The position numbers and the translations under genes were made by a program. A stretch of DNA of 64,000 nucleotides, taken from Escherichia coli. Lineage in GTDB: Bacteria; Pseudomonadota; Gammaproteobacteria; Enterobacterales; Enterobacteriaceae. The DNA is taken from the NCBI RefSeq assembly GCF_044647545.1, contig NZ_CP172818.1. One strand, 5' to 3'. Under the pieces are notes generated by a model. That model was not told the origin of the DNA. It saw nothing but the letters and a program-made list of their open reading frames with translations, and made no database searches. How positions within the stretch are numbered: position 1 is the stretch's first letter; each line of letters opens with the position of its first letter. Positions 1 to 12,769 of this stretch are shown here, piece by piece.

Positions 1-116
1 AGCAATCCGATCACCAGGCCGCCAGCCAGACCGAGGACCGAGATCCACAGGGTCATTTTGGCACCTTCAATCAGAAGCGGAATGGCAGGCCAGATGGCAC
101 TCCAGTCAAACTGCAT
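1..116 (-). CDS. glnP: Glutamine ABC transporter permease GlnP, 5' end only (gene continues beyond window start)
   Basis: Reverse-strand translation from ATG at 116..114 gives [27 protein letters not shown]..., which I recognise as the GlnP N-terminus; lies just downstream of glnH in the glnHPQ operon orientation. Confidence 0.85.
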
Positions 117-254
117 ATGTTGTTCCTGTTACCGTGGTGTAAATAATCAAATTCAGGGTAATTAATGGCCCCGGAGCGGGTTTGCGCCCCTCACCCTAAT
201 CCTCTCCCCAGAGGGGAGAGGGAACTGCCAGTGCGCCTTACAGGCGTAGCGTTA

Positions 255-1016
<762 letters not shown>

Positions 1017-1039
1017 CTATCCACGGGACGATCCCCTGC

Positions 1040-1200
1040 GTGACATTCACATATATGAAAAAATCGTGCCAGTTTTGCAACTCATTGATTTATCGAGATG
1101 CGGTAAAAACGTGATGCACGATTTATAGGGCAATACCCTGAAGATGCACCATTCTGGGGCACCAAACTGGTGCGCTAAAATTGTGCACTCAACACAGTGA
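1040..1200 (-). promoter_or_regulatory. glnH upstream region: sigma54-type promoter (minus-strand TGGCACGattttTTCAT at about 1056-1072) plus NtrC-like TGCACC...GGTGCA half-site repeats at about 1144-1195
   Basis: Motifs read directly from the sequence; glnHPQ is a known NtrC/sigma54-activated operon. Exact site boundaries not verified. Confidence 0.5.
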
Positions 1201-1404
1201 TTATTTAGCGTAAAACCTGATGAAAAAACAATCTTTATGTAACGATTGTGTGATGATGTGGATACAAAAAATTTACTTAATCAGCTGGAGATAGCAGATG
1301 GATGCACTAAATAAGTGCGTTGAGGTGGGCTGCAAAACAAAACGGCCTCCTGTCAGGAAGCCGCTTTTATCGTGTACTAAAGTTCTGCACCATCAGCGAT
1401 GGAT

Positions 1405-2081
<677 letters not shown>

Positions 2082-2206
2082 TTATTTGCTCGCCAGGAAT
2101 TTTCGGAATAAATATGCTTTTGCATAATTCGATATATAAAGACGGTGTAGAGGAAAAGTAGCGAGAAAATCTGCATGGTTATGCATAACCATGCAGAAAT
2201 GTAAAT

Positions 2207-3094
2207 TTAATTTATATCTAATTCTTTTATTTTGCTCTCTTTGCGTACTGTCAGCGTAGAACCCATTGAAGCGGCGATGATAGCGCCGAGCGCCAGCAGC
2301 TGTATGGGTGTCAGTGTTTCTCCGAGGAAAATCATCCCGGAAACGGCAGCCAGCGCAGGTTCCATGCTCATTAGCGTACCAAATGTGCGTGTTGGCAAAC
2401 GGGTGAGGGCAATCATTTCCAGCGAATAAGGCAGAGCGGTCGAGAGAATAGCGACCGCCAGACCCAATGGAATAACCGACCAGTGCCAGAGTGCTTCACC
2501 AGCCTGAAGCGCTCCAATTGGCACGAAAATTAACGCTGCAATCAACGAACCAATTGCCACCGTCGCAGGGCCATGTTCCGCTCCTGCGCGTTGCCCACTT
2601 AAAATGTAAATAGCCCAACAAGCCCCGGCGCCCAGAGCCAGCGCACAGCCGGTTAAATCGACATGGGAAACGTCTTGCCCCAGCGGTAGCAGGAACCACA
2701 GACCAAGAACCGCCAGAACAACCCAGACGAAATCTACCGGGCGACGAGAAGAGAACAGCGCCACCGCCAGTGGTCCGGTGAACTCCAGCGCCACCGCAAT
2801 ACCCAGCGGTACCGTCTGAATAGAAAGATAAAAAAGATAATTCATCCCCCCCAGCGAAACGCCGTAAAACAACAGCGGTAACCGCTGCTCTTTGGCAAAG
2901 CGCAGTCGCCATGGCTTAAAGAACGCGATGAGGATCAGCGTGCCTAATGCCAGACGCAGCGCAGTGACCCCCGGTGCGCCCACCAGAGGAAAAAGTGACT
3001 TAGCTAACGAGGCTCCACTCTGAATAGACGCCATGGCAACGAGCAATATGACTATTGGTAACCAGACCGGCATTTTACGTAATGAACCAGGCAT
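2207..3094 (-). CDS. rhtA: Threonine/homoserine exporter (DMT/EamA family)
   Basis: ORF 2207..3106; the recognised RhtA N-terminus MPGSLRKMPVWLPIV begins at the ATG at 3094; 10-TM EamA-type protein. Confidence 0.9.
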   Translation of the reverse strand: MPGSLRKMPVWLPIVILLVAMASIQSGASLAKSLFPLVGAPGVTALRLALGTLILIAFFKPWRLRFAKEQRLPLLFYGVSLGGMNYLFYLSIQTVPLGIAVALEFTGPLAVALFSSRRPVDFVWVVLAVLGLWFLLPLGQDVSHVDLTGCALALGAGACWAIYILSGQRAGAEHGPATVAIGSLIAALIFVPIGALQAGEALWHWSVIPLGLAVAILSTALPYSLEMIALTRLPTRTFGTLMSMEPALAAVSGMIFLGETLTPIQLLALGAIIAASMGSTLTVRKESKIKELDIN

Positions 3095-3446
3095 CCTTTC
3101 TCCCACAAATATCTAAACCTAAGTAAAGCGTGGAGTGTACTGGATATACCCAATGCTGGTTGAGCATTTGTTGAAAAAATTTTCCCCCGTTTTGACTAAA
3201 ATGCGCCAGGATTGATGGAATCATTAGTCTGGTGATTAGGAATAATCTGGATGAATGACAGGGAAAACATGCGTAATACTTACGCAGTTCTCTGAAAAAG
3301 TGATTTAAATTTAGATGGATAGCGGTGTATGGAAACGTTCTGTTACATGAAATGGCCCGTTAGACATCACAAATCGCGAAGAGTTTCCCATTAATTTTTG
3401 ATATATTTAAAACTTAGGACTTATTTGAATCACATTTGAGGTGGTT

Positions 3447-3962
3447 ATGAAAAAAATTGCATGTCTTTCAGCACTGGCCGCAGTTCTGGCTTTCACCGCA
3501 GGTACTTCCGTAGCTGCGACTTCTACTGTAACTGGCGGTTACGCACAGAGCGACGCTCAGGGCCAAATGAACAAAATGGGCGGTTTCAACCTGAAATACC
3601 GCTATGAAGAAGACAACAGCCCGCTGGGTGTGATCGGTTCTTTCACTTACACCGAGAAAAGCCGTACTGCAAGCTCTGGTGACTACAACAAAAACCAGTA
3701 CTACGGCATCACTGCTGGTCCGGCTTACCGCATTAACGACTGGGCAAGCATCTACGGTGTAGTGGGTGTGGGTTATGGTAAATTCCAGACCACTGAATAC
3801 CCGACCTACAAACACGACACCAGCGACTACGGTTTCTCCTACGGTGCTGGTCTGCAGTTCAACCCGATGGAAAACGTTGCTCTGGACTTCTCTTACGAGC
3901 AGAGCCGTATTCGTAGCGTTGACGTAGGCACCTGGATTGCCGGTGTTGGTTACCGCTTCTAA
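3447..3962 (+). CDS. ompX: Outer membrane protein X
   Basis: 171-aa beta-barrel protein beginning MKKIACLSALAAVLAFTAGTSVA with C-terminal ...GYRF; matches OmpX as I recall it. Confidence 0.95.
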   Translation: MKKIACLSALAAVLAFTAGTSVAATSTVTGGYAQSDAQGQMNKMGGFNLKYRYEEDNSPLGVIGSFTYTEKSRTASSGDYNKNQYYGITAGPAYRINDWASIYGVVGVGYGKFQTTEYPTYKHDTSDYGFSYGAGLQFNPMENVALDFSYEQSRIRSVDVGTWIAGVGYRF

Positions 3963-3975
3963 TCACTTCGGTGAT

Positions 3976-4012
3976 ATAAAAAATCCGCCTCTCGGGGCGG
4001 ATTTTTGTTTTT
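3976..4012. terminator. Rho-independent terminator hairpin between convergent ompX and opgE
   Basis: aaaaaatccgcctctcggggcggatttttgtttt: GC stem flanked by an A-run and a T-run, so it can serve both strands. Confidence 0.7.
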
Positions 4013-5594
4013 AAGGTTTCGGGTCGAAAATATCGGTTCCGAGATGGTTGTAATCTACCTTCTGTAACTGGAAGTTGGTGATGTATATCGGCCCGGCTTT
4101 CTTCTCAGATATAAACGGGTATTTGATGTTAATTTCCTTCGCTTTAATTCCCGTCCACTGGGAGAAAAAACCTAAGAAGTCATTGGCTGAGCGGCGGGCT
4201 TTAATCACCCGATGCGCTTTATCGTCGCTCGAAATGACCATAAAAGGCACCTGGAAATTCTGCTGATATTTATCATCATGGGCAAGGTATTGCACGTCTT
4301 TGCCGCGCTCTTTAAAGGCCAGACCGTGGTCAGAAAAGTAAACCAGCGAGAAGCTGCTGCCGCTGTTGCGTAACTGATCGTACAGCTTACGCAGTAAATC
4401 GTCCGTTTGCGTCATGGTATAGAGATAGCACGACGTTTCTTTCGATTGCACAAAGGTTTCGTATTTGCCTTGTGTCCGGTCGCAGGCCTGCGGATGTGAG
4501 CCCATCAGATGTAAAACAATCAGCTGCGGTTGCGAGTGCTCTTGCGCCAGCACTTGAGCGGTCATATCCAGTAACGCTTCGTCTTTCGTGTTTTTATCTG
4601 CTTCAAAATTACCTTCTTTCAGGAAGTACACTTCATCTGCACGTTTGGCGATGCTGGCGATAGCGGTATCGTATTCGCCGATTTGCCCCTGGTTGGAAAA
4701 CCACCAGGTCTGGAAGCCCGCGCGATTTGCCAGGGTGACAAAGTTATCCTGAAACTGTGGTTTGCCATCGACAACGCGATTGAGCGTTAAGCCAAGCGAT
4801 TTCTGCGTGGAGCCACTGGCGGCAATGTAGTCAGCAAATATCAAACCGTTAACGCTGCTGGCAAACGGGGTATTGTCCCAGTGACCGCCAAAGGCACCGA
4901 GGGCATCGCGACGCGCGCTTTCACCGATCACCACCACATAGGTCTGATACTTCGGCTTAACGGCAGTGACCGTCCAGGTATCTTTCATTCCGGAAAGTTT
5001 TGCCATCCGTTCTTGCTCTTCAATCACCTCGTTATTATTGACGATGACATCCTTAGCAAAACGAAATACCGGATAGCCAGTATCTTTCAGTTTAAATACG
5101 CCGCCCCAGGCCAGGTTTTGCACGGGAGCAACAAAAAATGTCGCCACACTGAATACCAGACACAGGCTGTCGAAGGTATTCCAGCGCGCTTTTTCATTCT
5201 CTTTTTTTCGCCTGATTGCTATTACGCCGAGCGCAAAAATAAATAAGCCGACCAGGTAGCTGTACCACGGAAAAATCGTCAGGATTTCGGTCGACTCTTC
5301 CATATTGGTGGAGTGCAATGCCAGCAATGTATTGAAATTAGGCGCGCCGTAGGCCTGAGCAAAAGGGAAATAACAAGCCGCCACCAGCGAACTGACACCG
5401 ACCAGAACTTTTTGTACGCGAGGCAATGTTCGCCATAGCAAAAGCAAAATAGCCGTAAACGCAGCGGTGTAGAGCAAACTGAAGGGATAACCTAAGCCGA
5501 GGTTAATTAATAGCGACTGTAAAAAGTAGAACGCAGTCCACGGGCTAAATACCCGGCTACGGGTAACAAGCGATTCTTTGAGGGTTAAATTCAT
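4011..5594 (-). CDS. opgE: Phosphoethanolamine transferase (OPG modification), sulfatase-like membrane enzyme
   Basis: 527-aa ORF with N-terminal TM segments and a C-terminal sulfatase/alkaline-phosphatase-like domain; position between ompX and mntR matches opgE (ybiP). Confidence 0.85.
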   Translation of the reverse strand: MNLTLKESLVTRSRVFSPWTAFYFLQSLLINLGLGYPFSLLYTAAFTAILLLLWRTLPRVQKVLVGVSSLVAACYFPFAQAYGAPNFNTLLALHSTNMEESTEILTIFPWYSYLVGLFIFALGVIAIRRKKENEKARWNTFDSLCLVFSVATFFVAPVQNLAWGGVFKLKDTGYPVFRFAKDVIVNNNEVIEEQERMAKLSGMKDTWTVTAVKPKYQTYVVVIGESARRDALGAFGGHWDNTPFASSVNGLIFADYIAASGSTQKSLGLTLNRVVDGKPQFQDNFVTLANRAGFQTWWFSNQGQIGEYDTAIASIAKRADEVYFLKEGNFEADKNTKDEALLDMTAQVLAQEHSQPQLIVLHLMGSHPQACDRTQGKYETFVQSKETSCYLYTMTQTDDLLRKLYDQLRNSGSSFSLVYFSDHGLAFKERGKDVQYLAHDDKYQQNFQVPFMVISSDDKAHRVIKARRSANDFLGFFSQWTGIKAKEINIKYPFISEKKAGPIYITNFQLQKVDYNHLGTDIFDPKP

Positions 5595-5865
5595 ATGCCA
5601 CTATCGTAACAAACGCCATGTGCTTACCCTGGCGTCAAGGGTCAATACCTGCAAGAGTGCGTGGAGAGGGGAAAGGGGTCCGCATCCGCGAGCCGCAATA
5701 TACGCAGGGCTGCAAGAAGATAGAGCGAGCCGCCGTTCAGGTCAACTACTGACGAACAAATCTTTTGCGAAGGGGATTGCAAATCCGACAAAAAGTGGGG
5801 TTTTTCAGACCAAAACGCGTTGTGCCTGCATAAAAGCAGGAGTGAAGCGGCGTACCGCGACGCCG

Positions 5866-5994
5866 CTATTTATCGGAAGGTTTATCTTGCTGCGGTTTGT
5901 TGTTGACCATATCGCACAACATAGAGAGCAGCATTAACCGTACTTTAAAGGGAGAATGACTAAACACGCGCATACACCTCTTGAACTCATTCAT
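5866..5994 (-). CDS. mntS: Small protein MntS (42 aa), manganese homeostasis; within the rybA locus
   Basis: Minus-strand ATG at 5994 translates to MNEFKRCMRVFSHSPFKVRLMLLSMLCDMVNNKPQQDKPSDK with a stop at 5868..5866; below the 60-aa cut-off of the ORF track; sits upstream of and divergent from mntR as in K-12. Confidence 0.8.
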   Translation of the reverse strand: MNEFKRCMRVFSHSPFKVRLMLLSMLCDMVNNKPQQDKPSDK

Positions 5995-6179
5995 AAGACC
6001 TCCTGACTTGCTAATCCCGTCGATCCTTGAGGGATGATTGCATTACATACAGATATAGCACAGGCTATATTATATAGCTATTGCTAAAACGTTAATTTTT
6101 TGTACCTTCGCAACTCTGGTTTACAATGTGCGCACGAAATGAGAACGCTATGTATGCGTCACCATAATGAGGAAGCACA

Positions 6180-6647
6180 ATGAGTCGTCGCGCAGGTACG
6201 CCAACAGCAAAAAAAGTGACGCAGTTAGTGAACGTGGAAGAGCACGTTGAAGGGTTCCGCCAGGTCAGAGAGGCGCATCGGCGCGAGCTTATTGATGATT
6301 ACGTTGAGCTGATTTCTGACTTGATCAGGGAAGTGGGGGAAGCTCGTCAGGTAGACATGGCTGCTCGTTTGGGAGTTTCGCAACCGACGGTGGCTAAAAT
6401 GCTTAAGCGACTGGCAACCATGGGGCTGATTGAAATGATCCCCTGGCGTGGCGTGTTTTTAACGGCAGAAGGAGAGAAGCTGGCGCAGGAAAGCCGCGAG
6501 CGACATCAGATAGTCGAAAATTTCTTGTTGGTGTTGGGCGTCAGTCCGGAAATCGCCCGTCGCGACGCGGAAGGCATGGAGCACCATGTTAGTGAAGAGA
6601 CGCTCGACGCTTTTCGTTTGTTTACCCAGAAACACGGTGCCAAATGA
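6180..6647 (+). CDS. mntR: Mn(II)-responsive transcriptional regulator (DtxR family)
   Basis: 155-aa ORF with a DtxR-type HTH ([17 protein letters not shown]); matches MntR. Confidence 0.95.
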
Positions 6648-7762
6648 GCCTGCCTTTTTTAAGCACGCTGCAAGGCGATCGTTTTTTTCAGTTATTAATT
6701 CTTGTTGGCATCGGATTAAGCTTTTTCGTTCCCTTTGCACCGAAATCCTGGCCTGCTGCTATCGACTGGCACACCATCATCACCTTAAGCGGCCTGATGC
6801 TGCTGACCAAAGGTGTCGAGTTAAGCGGTTATTTTGATGTGCTGGGGCGCAAAATGGTGCGCCGTTTTGCTACGGAGCGTCGGCTGGCGATGTTTATGGT
6901 ACTGGCGGCGGCGCTGCTTTCTACCTTTCTGACCAACGATGTCGCGCTGTTTATAGTTGTTCCGCTGACTATCACGCTAAAAAGACTGTGTGAGATCCCG
7001 GTTAATCGGCTGATTATTTTTGAGGCGCTGGCAGTCAACGCTGGTTCGCTACTGACGCCAATTGGCAACCCGCAAAATATTCTTATCTGGGGACGTTCTG
7101 GTCTTTCGTTTGCCGGATTTATTGCCCAAATGGCACCGCTGGCTGGCGCAATGATGCTGACACTCCTGCTGTTGTGCTGGTGTTGTTTCCCTGGAAAGGC
7201 GCTGCAATACCATACGGGGGCGCAAACGCCGGAGTGGAAACCGCGGCTGGTGTGGAGTTGTCTGGGGCTGTATATCGTTTTTCTGACGGCGCTGGAGTTC
7301 AAACAAGAGCTGTGGGGACTGGTGATTGTGGCGGCCGGCTTTGCGCTGCTGGCACGTTGCGTGGTGCTCAGTGTGGACTGGACGCTGCTGCTGGTGTTTA
7401 TGGCGATGTTTATCGACGTCCATTTACTGACCCAGCTTCCAGCGTTGCAAGGCGTGTTGGGTAACGTGAGTCATTTATCTGAACCCGGGTTATGGTTAAC
7501 GGCAATCGGTTTATCGCAGGTGATCAGTAATGTGCCGAGCACGATTTTGCTGCTCAATTATGTGCCACCGTCTTTATTATTGGCATGGGCGGTAAACGTA
7601 GGTGGCTTTGGTTTATTACCCGGATCGCTGGCAAATTTGATTGCGTTACGGATGGCGAACGATCGCCGTATCTGGTGGCGTTTTCATCTTTATTCGATAC
7701 CGATGCTGTTGTGGGCGGCGCTGGTGGGATACGTTTTATTCGTTATGCTCCCGGCCAACTAG
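6644..7762 (+). CDS. ybiR: Putative transporter (anion permease / ArsB-NhaD-like fold)
   Basis: 372-aa polytopic membrane ORF overlapping the mntR stop (ATGA); gene order matches ybiR. Confidence 0.85.
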
Positions 7763-7774
7763 GGTCTGGCCAAA

Positions 7775-7808
7775 TAAAAAAGGCGGATGATGAGTCCGCC
7801 TCTGTTTT
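7775..7808. terminator. Rho-independent terminator hairpin between convergent ybiR and ldtB
   Basis: aaaaaaggcggatgatgagtccgcctctgtttt: GC stem with flanking A-run and T-run. Confidence 0.7.
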
Positions 7809-7820
7809 ACGTTTTGACGA

Positions 7821-8741
7821 TTAATTCAGACGAACCGGCATCCCAGAACGATTTTTGATCGCTTCATCAAGAACAACCTGGTCAACATCTGGCTGACCGG
7901 TCACTGTCTGCACGCTCTTCGTCAGGGTAATTGGCACAATTTCCTGACCTTCAAACTGGGCTTCGGTGGTAGACAGCGGATTATGGACTTCAATATAACG
8001 GCTGCCGTCTGGCTCGGTGGTCGCTTTTACCGGCTCATCAATAAACTGCACGCGAGTACCGACAGGCACTTTCTCGAACAGGAATTTAATGTCTTCGTTA
8101 CGCAGACGCACACAGCCATGACTTACACGCAGGCCGATACCGAAGTTGGCGTTGGTGCCATGGATAGCGTACAGGCGACCGATGTAGAGTGCATACAGAC
8201 CCATCGGGTTATCCGGACCTGCCGGAACGACAGCCGGAAGCGGTTCGCCCGCAGCGCGGTACTCTGCGTGCATTTTGGCGGTCGGCGTCCAGGTCGGGCC
8301 TGCTTTCTTACGCTCAACTTTGGTGGTCCAGTTGATAGGCGTGTCTTTGCCTAACTGACCAATGCCGATGGGCAGCACGATAACGGTGTTGCTGCCTTTC
8401 GGATAGTAATAGAGACGCATCTCTGCGCTGTTAATGACAATGCCTTCATGAACGGTATCCGGCAGGATCAGCTGCTGCGGAATGTTCAGTACAGTACCGC
8501 CTTTCGGCAGGAAGGTATCCACACCCGGGTTAGCTTCCATCATGTTGGAAAGACCCATCTGGTACTCGGCGGCAAAATACTCCAGCGGCTGAGTGTTACC
8601 TTCAGGAATGGTGATTACCTGATTCTGACCAACCAGGCGACTCCCGTCGGTTGGCAGAGGATAAGTTACCGCAGAGGCGGTACTGCAAAAGCCGACAACA
8701 GCGAAGGCCGCTGCGAATAATGTTTTCAATTTCATATTCAT
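7821..8741 (-). CDS. ldtB: L,D-transpeptidase (YkuD domain; anchors Lpp to peptidoglycan)
   Basis: 306-aa ORF with signal peptide; catalytic region ...SHGCVRL... is visible; matches YbiS/LdtB. Confidence 0.9.
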   Translation of the reverse strand: MNMKLKTLFAAAFAVVGFCSTASAVTYPLPTDGSRLVGQNQVITIPEGNTQPLEYFAAEYQMGLSNMMEANPGVDTFLPKGGTVLNIPQQLILPDTVHEGIVINSAEMRLYYYPKGSNTVIVLPIGIGQLGKDTPINWTTKVERKKAGPTWTPTAKMHAEYRAAGEPLPAVVPAGPDNPMGLYALYIGRLYAIHGTNANFGIGLRVSHGCVRLRNEDIKFLFEKVPVGTRVQFIDEPVKATTEPDGSRYIEVHNPLSTTEAQFEGQEIVPITLTKSVQTVTGQPDVDQVVLDEAIKNRSGMPVRLN

Positions 8742-8959
8742 GTTAAGCGAGATTTTGTGCCTGGCAGGCCATTGGGTTGAGAATATTAGAGTATTGGAAG
8801 CGCATTATAAGTTCATTCCAGCTCACAGTGAAATCAGATGTGTACGAAATCACATTTTTTGCCTTTGGGAAGAGTGTAGACCTTAAGCGGGGGACGGGAT
8901 CTTCTTTCAGACTTATGGCATAATACGCGGTTTGTCATATCTCTTTTCAGGATACGCCT

Positions 8960-10552
8960 GTGTTAGTTTCCAGTAACGTCACCATGCAGTTCGGCAGTAA
9001 GCCGTTGTTTGAAAACATTTCCGTCAAGTTTGGCGGCGGCAACCGTTACGGCCTGATTGGCGCGAACGGTAGTGGTAAATCCACCTTTATGAAGATCCTC
9101 GGCGGCGACTTAGAGCCGACGCTGGGTAACGTTTCCCTCGATCCCAACGAGCGCATTGGTAAGCTGCGTCAGGATCAGTTTGCCTTTGAAGAGTTCACTG
9201 TGCTGGATACGGTGATCATGGGGCATAAAGAATTATGGGAAGTGAAGCAGGAGCGCGACCGCATCTATGCTTTGCCGGAAATGAGTGAGGAAGACGGCTA
9301 TAAAGTGGCCGATCTGGAAGTGAAATACGGCGAAATGGACGGTTACTCTGCGGAAGCTCGCGCCGGTGAACTGTTGCTTGGCGTGGGAATTCCAGTGGAA
9401 CAGCACTACGGCCCGATGAGTGAAGTTGCTCCTGGCTGGAAGCTGCGTGTGCTGCTGGCGCAGGCGCTGTTTGCTGATCCGGACATTCTCCTGCTCGACG
9501 AACCGACCAACAACCTCGACATCGACACCATTCGTTGGCTGGAACAGGTGCTGAACGAGCGTGACAGCACCATGATCATCATCTCGCACGACCGTCACTT
9601 CCTTAACATGGTTTGTACCCACATGGCGGATCTGGATTACGGCGAGCTGCGCGTTTATCCGGGCAACTACGATGAGTACATGACGGCGGCGACCCAGGCG
9701 CGTGAACGTCTGCTGGCTGATAACGCCAAGAAGAAGGCGCAGATTGCTGAGCTGCAATCTTTCGTTAGCCGCTTTAGCGCCAACGCCTCGAAATCTCGCC
9801 AGGCAACTTCGCGCGCGCGCCAGATTGATAAAATCAAACTGGAAGAGGTGAAAGCCTCCAGCCGTCAGAACCCGTTCATCCGTTTTGAACAGGATAAGAA
9901 ACTGTTCCGTAACGCGCTGGAAGTGGAAGGTCTGACCAAAGGGTTTGATAACGGTCCGCTGTTTAAAAATCTCAACCTGCTGCTGGAAGTCGGTGAAAAA
10001 CTGGCGGTACTGGGTACCAACGGCGTCGGTAAATCAACGCTGTTGAAAACGCTGGTGGGCGATCTGCAACCGGACAGCGGCACCGTAAAATGGTCTGAAA
10101 ACGCGCGCATTGGTTACTATGCTCAGGACCACGAATATGAGTTTGAAAATGATCTGACCGTGTTCGAATGGATGAGCCAGTGGAAGCAGGAAGGCGATGA
10201 CGAGCAGGCGGTACGCAGCATTCTCGGTCGTTTGCTGTTCAGCCAGGACGACATTAAAAAGCCAGCTAAAGTGCTTTCCGGTGGGGAAAAAGGGCGGATG
10301 CTGTTTGGTAAGTTAATGATGCAGAAGCCGAACATTCTGATCATGGACGAACCGACCAACCACCTGGATATGGAATCTATTGAGTCGCTGAACATGGCGC
10401 TGGAACTGTATCAGGGCACGCTGATCTTTGTTTCACACGACCGTGAGTTCGTAAGCTCCCTGGCGACCCGTATTCTGGAAATCACCCCGGAACGCGTGAT
10501 CGACTTTAGCGGTAATTACGAAGATTATCTGCGTAGTAAAGGGATCGAGTAA
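8960..10552 (+). CDS. ybiT: ABC-F family ATPase (two ABC cassettes, no TM domain)
   Basis: 530-aa ORF with a GTG start and two Walker A motifs ([18 protein letters not shown]) plus signature motifs; matches YbiT. Confidence 0.95.
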
Positions 10553-10559
10553 CTGTTGA

Positions 10560-11202
10560 TCTCGTTTCCCAGATCCAGCAGCTGCTGAGGTTGTCATAAA
10601 ACAGGCCGAAGCTAAACGTCATTGCGGCGGGTGATGGCTAATGGAATGTGTTGTACAGCGGGTCAGTACTCACGGCGTTGTAGCCCATCGCGTCGAGGTT
10701 ACGCATCTCGTAACGTTTACCGTTGCGTTGCAGGTCGCCGGCTTTATCTCCGAGGCCATAAAAGCGTTCATCTTTACGACGGCTCTGATAGTGCGCCACA
10801 CCGTCACCGTGGGCATTCAGCAGATAAGCGCTGGTCGGTCGGTCATTCACTAACGGCAGCCATTTCGTCTTCGTTGTTACTATAGTGCCACTCCAGCCAC
10901 AGCGGCTGGTGAACGGTGGACCAGTGACTCGGTGGCGATAACCACGGCGTTGTTGTGCTGGTTCAGGTTCATGCGGGCAGGCCAGCCGCTGGACATTTTG
11001 CCGGCCGCGCCCTTCCCGATGGCACATCCTGCTGGAGCAATGCTCCAGGTGCGATCCAGCGCCAGCTCGCCTTTGCGTTTTAACAGCACGCGGAACAGAA
11101 TTCCAGCACGTACAGACGCAATACGCCCGCCATCGACCAGCAGTTCAACGTGGTGGGCAGACTGTTTGAGGTCCAGTTTTTCAGCGTTTCGACGTTGCAC
11201 AT
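10560..11202 (-). pseudogene. Remnant of a glycoside hydrolase family 31 gene (alpha-glucosidase/alpha-xylosidase-like): 5' portion only, frameshifted and truncated at the ybiT junction
   Basis: Minus-strand fragments carry GH31 N-terminal-region signatures (...LDLKQSAHHVELLVDGGRIASV...; ...ERFYGLGDKAGDLQRNGKRYEMRNLDAMGY...), spread over at least two frames, and only about 210 codons remain of a family that is normally about 700-800 aa. Confidence 0.55.
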
Positions 11203-11207
11203 CACTC

Positions 11208-12445
11208 TCAGGCGCGTTTTGCGCGACGTTCAGCAATAAAGGTGACCAGGAAGAAAGCGCCAATCAGGTCAAAGAAGCCCATGGCGATAAACAGGGCTTA
11301 AAGCCGATTTTGTCAGCAGTAACCCCGATAATCAGGGAGAAACAGGAAACTTGCTATCGACGCGGCAGAACCGCGCATGCCGTTACAGTGGCCATCTGAC
11401 CTTTGTCGAGGATTCCACTACTAATGCGCTAAGCATGCAGGAGATGATCTGGTCAACCGAAGCCGCCTATGGAAGATAAGGACGATGGCGATATGGGTTA
11501 TCCAGAAAGGCCATCACCGCCAGCGAAACCATCAGGAATGCGCCACTGACCGATCTATGCGCAATGGAGTTCACACTGACTCAGCCCAAACAGGCGGGTG
11601 TAAAGTTTGGTCAGATAGCCGCTGGCAATACTGCCAAGATCAGCGGCGAAGGAACGGCAACCAGGCGAAAGAGTGCGATCTGCTTCAGGTCGATGCCATA
11701 GGCATCTGGACAGGTATAGCGGAACCCAGAAACTCATCACCGCCCACGCCGGTTCTGCCATAAAGGCTGGGATAGTGATACCGTAAAAGCGTTTATTTTT
11801 GCCCACGGTTTTCAGTGCGGTCAGAAAGGGTAACTTGACCGGGGAGCTTCGTTATCCTGGCGGAGCAACCAGCTTGGCTTCGCTGAAGGTCAGGATGCTT
11901 ATCCGGGTTGCGATAAAACCCACCACAGCACCACCCACAGCATCGCCAGGATGCCAGTGGCATAAATGCGCCCTGCCAGCGAATGAAGCGTGGGCAAAAT
12001 AGATAATCGGTGGGGCCAGCATGGCACCGATGGAGTCTACGTCTGCCCAGCGGCGATCGGGCGTTGCGATTTTGGAAACCATTCACCTCATAGTTTTGGG
12101 GTTTGCCGGGGTGGCCGCGGCTTCCGCACCGCCCGATAAAGAAGCGCAACAGCGCCAGATGTACCCAGTTTCCCGCCCCCGCATGCATCAGACAGGCCAG
12201 CGCCCACAGCCCCTGTGCAGATCAGAAGCCCAGTTTGAGGCCAATGACGTCAATGAGCCACCGCATAACGGTTGAAATAGGGTATAGGCGAGTTGGAAAG
12301 CACCTACAATCCAGGAATATTGTTTTGTGCAATCCCCAGGCTGCTTTTCAACTCGGCGTACACCCAGCGAATTACGTGTGATGTAGTTGACAGTAACACC
12401 GAGCAAAAAAAGGACCAGCATCCACCAACGCAGATTTTTGAACAC
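11208..12445 (-). pseudogene. Decayed MFS transporter gene (N-terminus resembles ExuT/DgoT-type anion:cation symporters), multiple frameshifts
   Basis: ORF 12188..12445 begins MFKNLRWWMLVLFLLGVTVNYITRN (MFS N-terminal TM1 pattern); a C-terminal piece ...ALFIAMGFFDLIGAFFLVTFIAERRAKRA ends at a stop at 11210..11208; the body is broken into ORFs under 135 aa in different frames. Confidence 0.5.
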
Positions 12446-12769
12446 CGGCGTGGTTTACTGGCAGTCATATCAATCGATACCCACTGATATGCACTCCACA
12501 GAATGGTATAGGGGGGCGGCAACGTCAGACGGAGTTGTCACACCACTTTTAACCTTTTGATAAATAAAGTCTTTATTGTCTGTTTTTCCATTGTTCTTGT
12601 ACTGGAAGTTGTTGTCACATTTTTACAGTAAGAGACACTAAAAGCGAAAAAGAAAGCGGGTTTTGTGCACGTTTTTCCATGCGGCCCATACATTACTGAA
12701 ATGGATTTAATGCCAGACAGAATGGGCTTTTTTTGCTCATGAAAATTCTGTCATTTCCGAATTAGAGGA

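Noticed and set aside
9233-9757. 174-aa - strand ORF inside ybiT (and similar antisense ORFs inside ybiW, gsiA, gsiB, yliI, ybjL, rimK, potG, artQ and others)
   Set aside because: All are embedded antisense or out of frame within long, recognisable genes and have low-complexity, Arg/His-rich translations; treated as non-coding.
10622-12522. Numerous 60-155-aa ORFs on both strands between ybiT and ybiU (e.g. 10932..11399 +, 11485..11763 +, 12021..12275 +)
   Set aside because: They overlap each other and the frameshifted transporter/GH31 remnants. None is an intact gene; I interpret the whole block as decayed pseudogenes rather than a cluster of small proteins.
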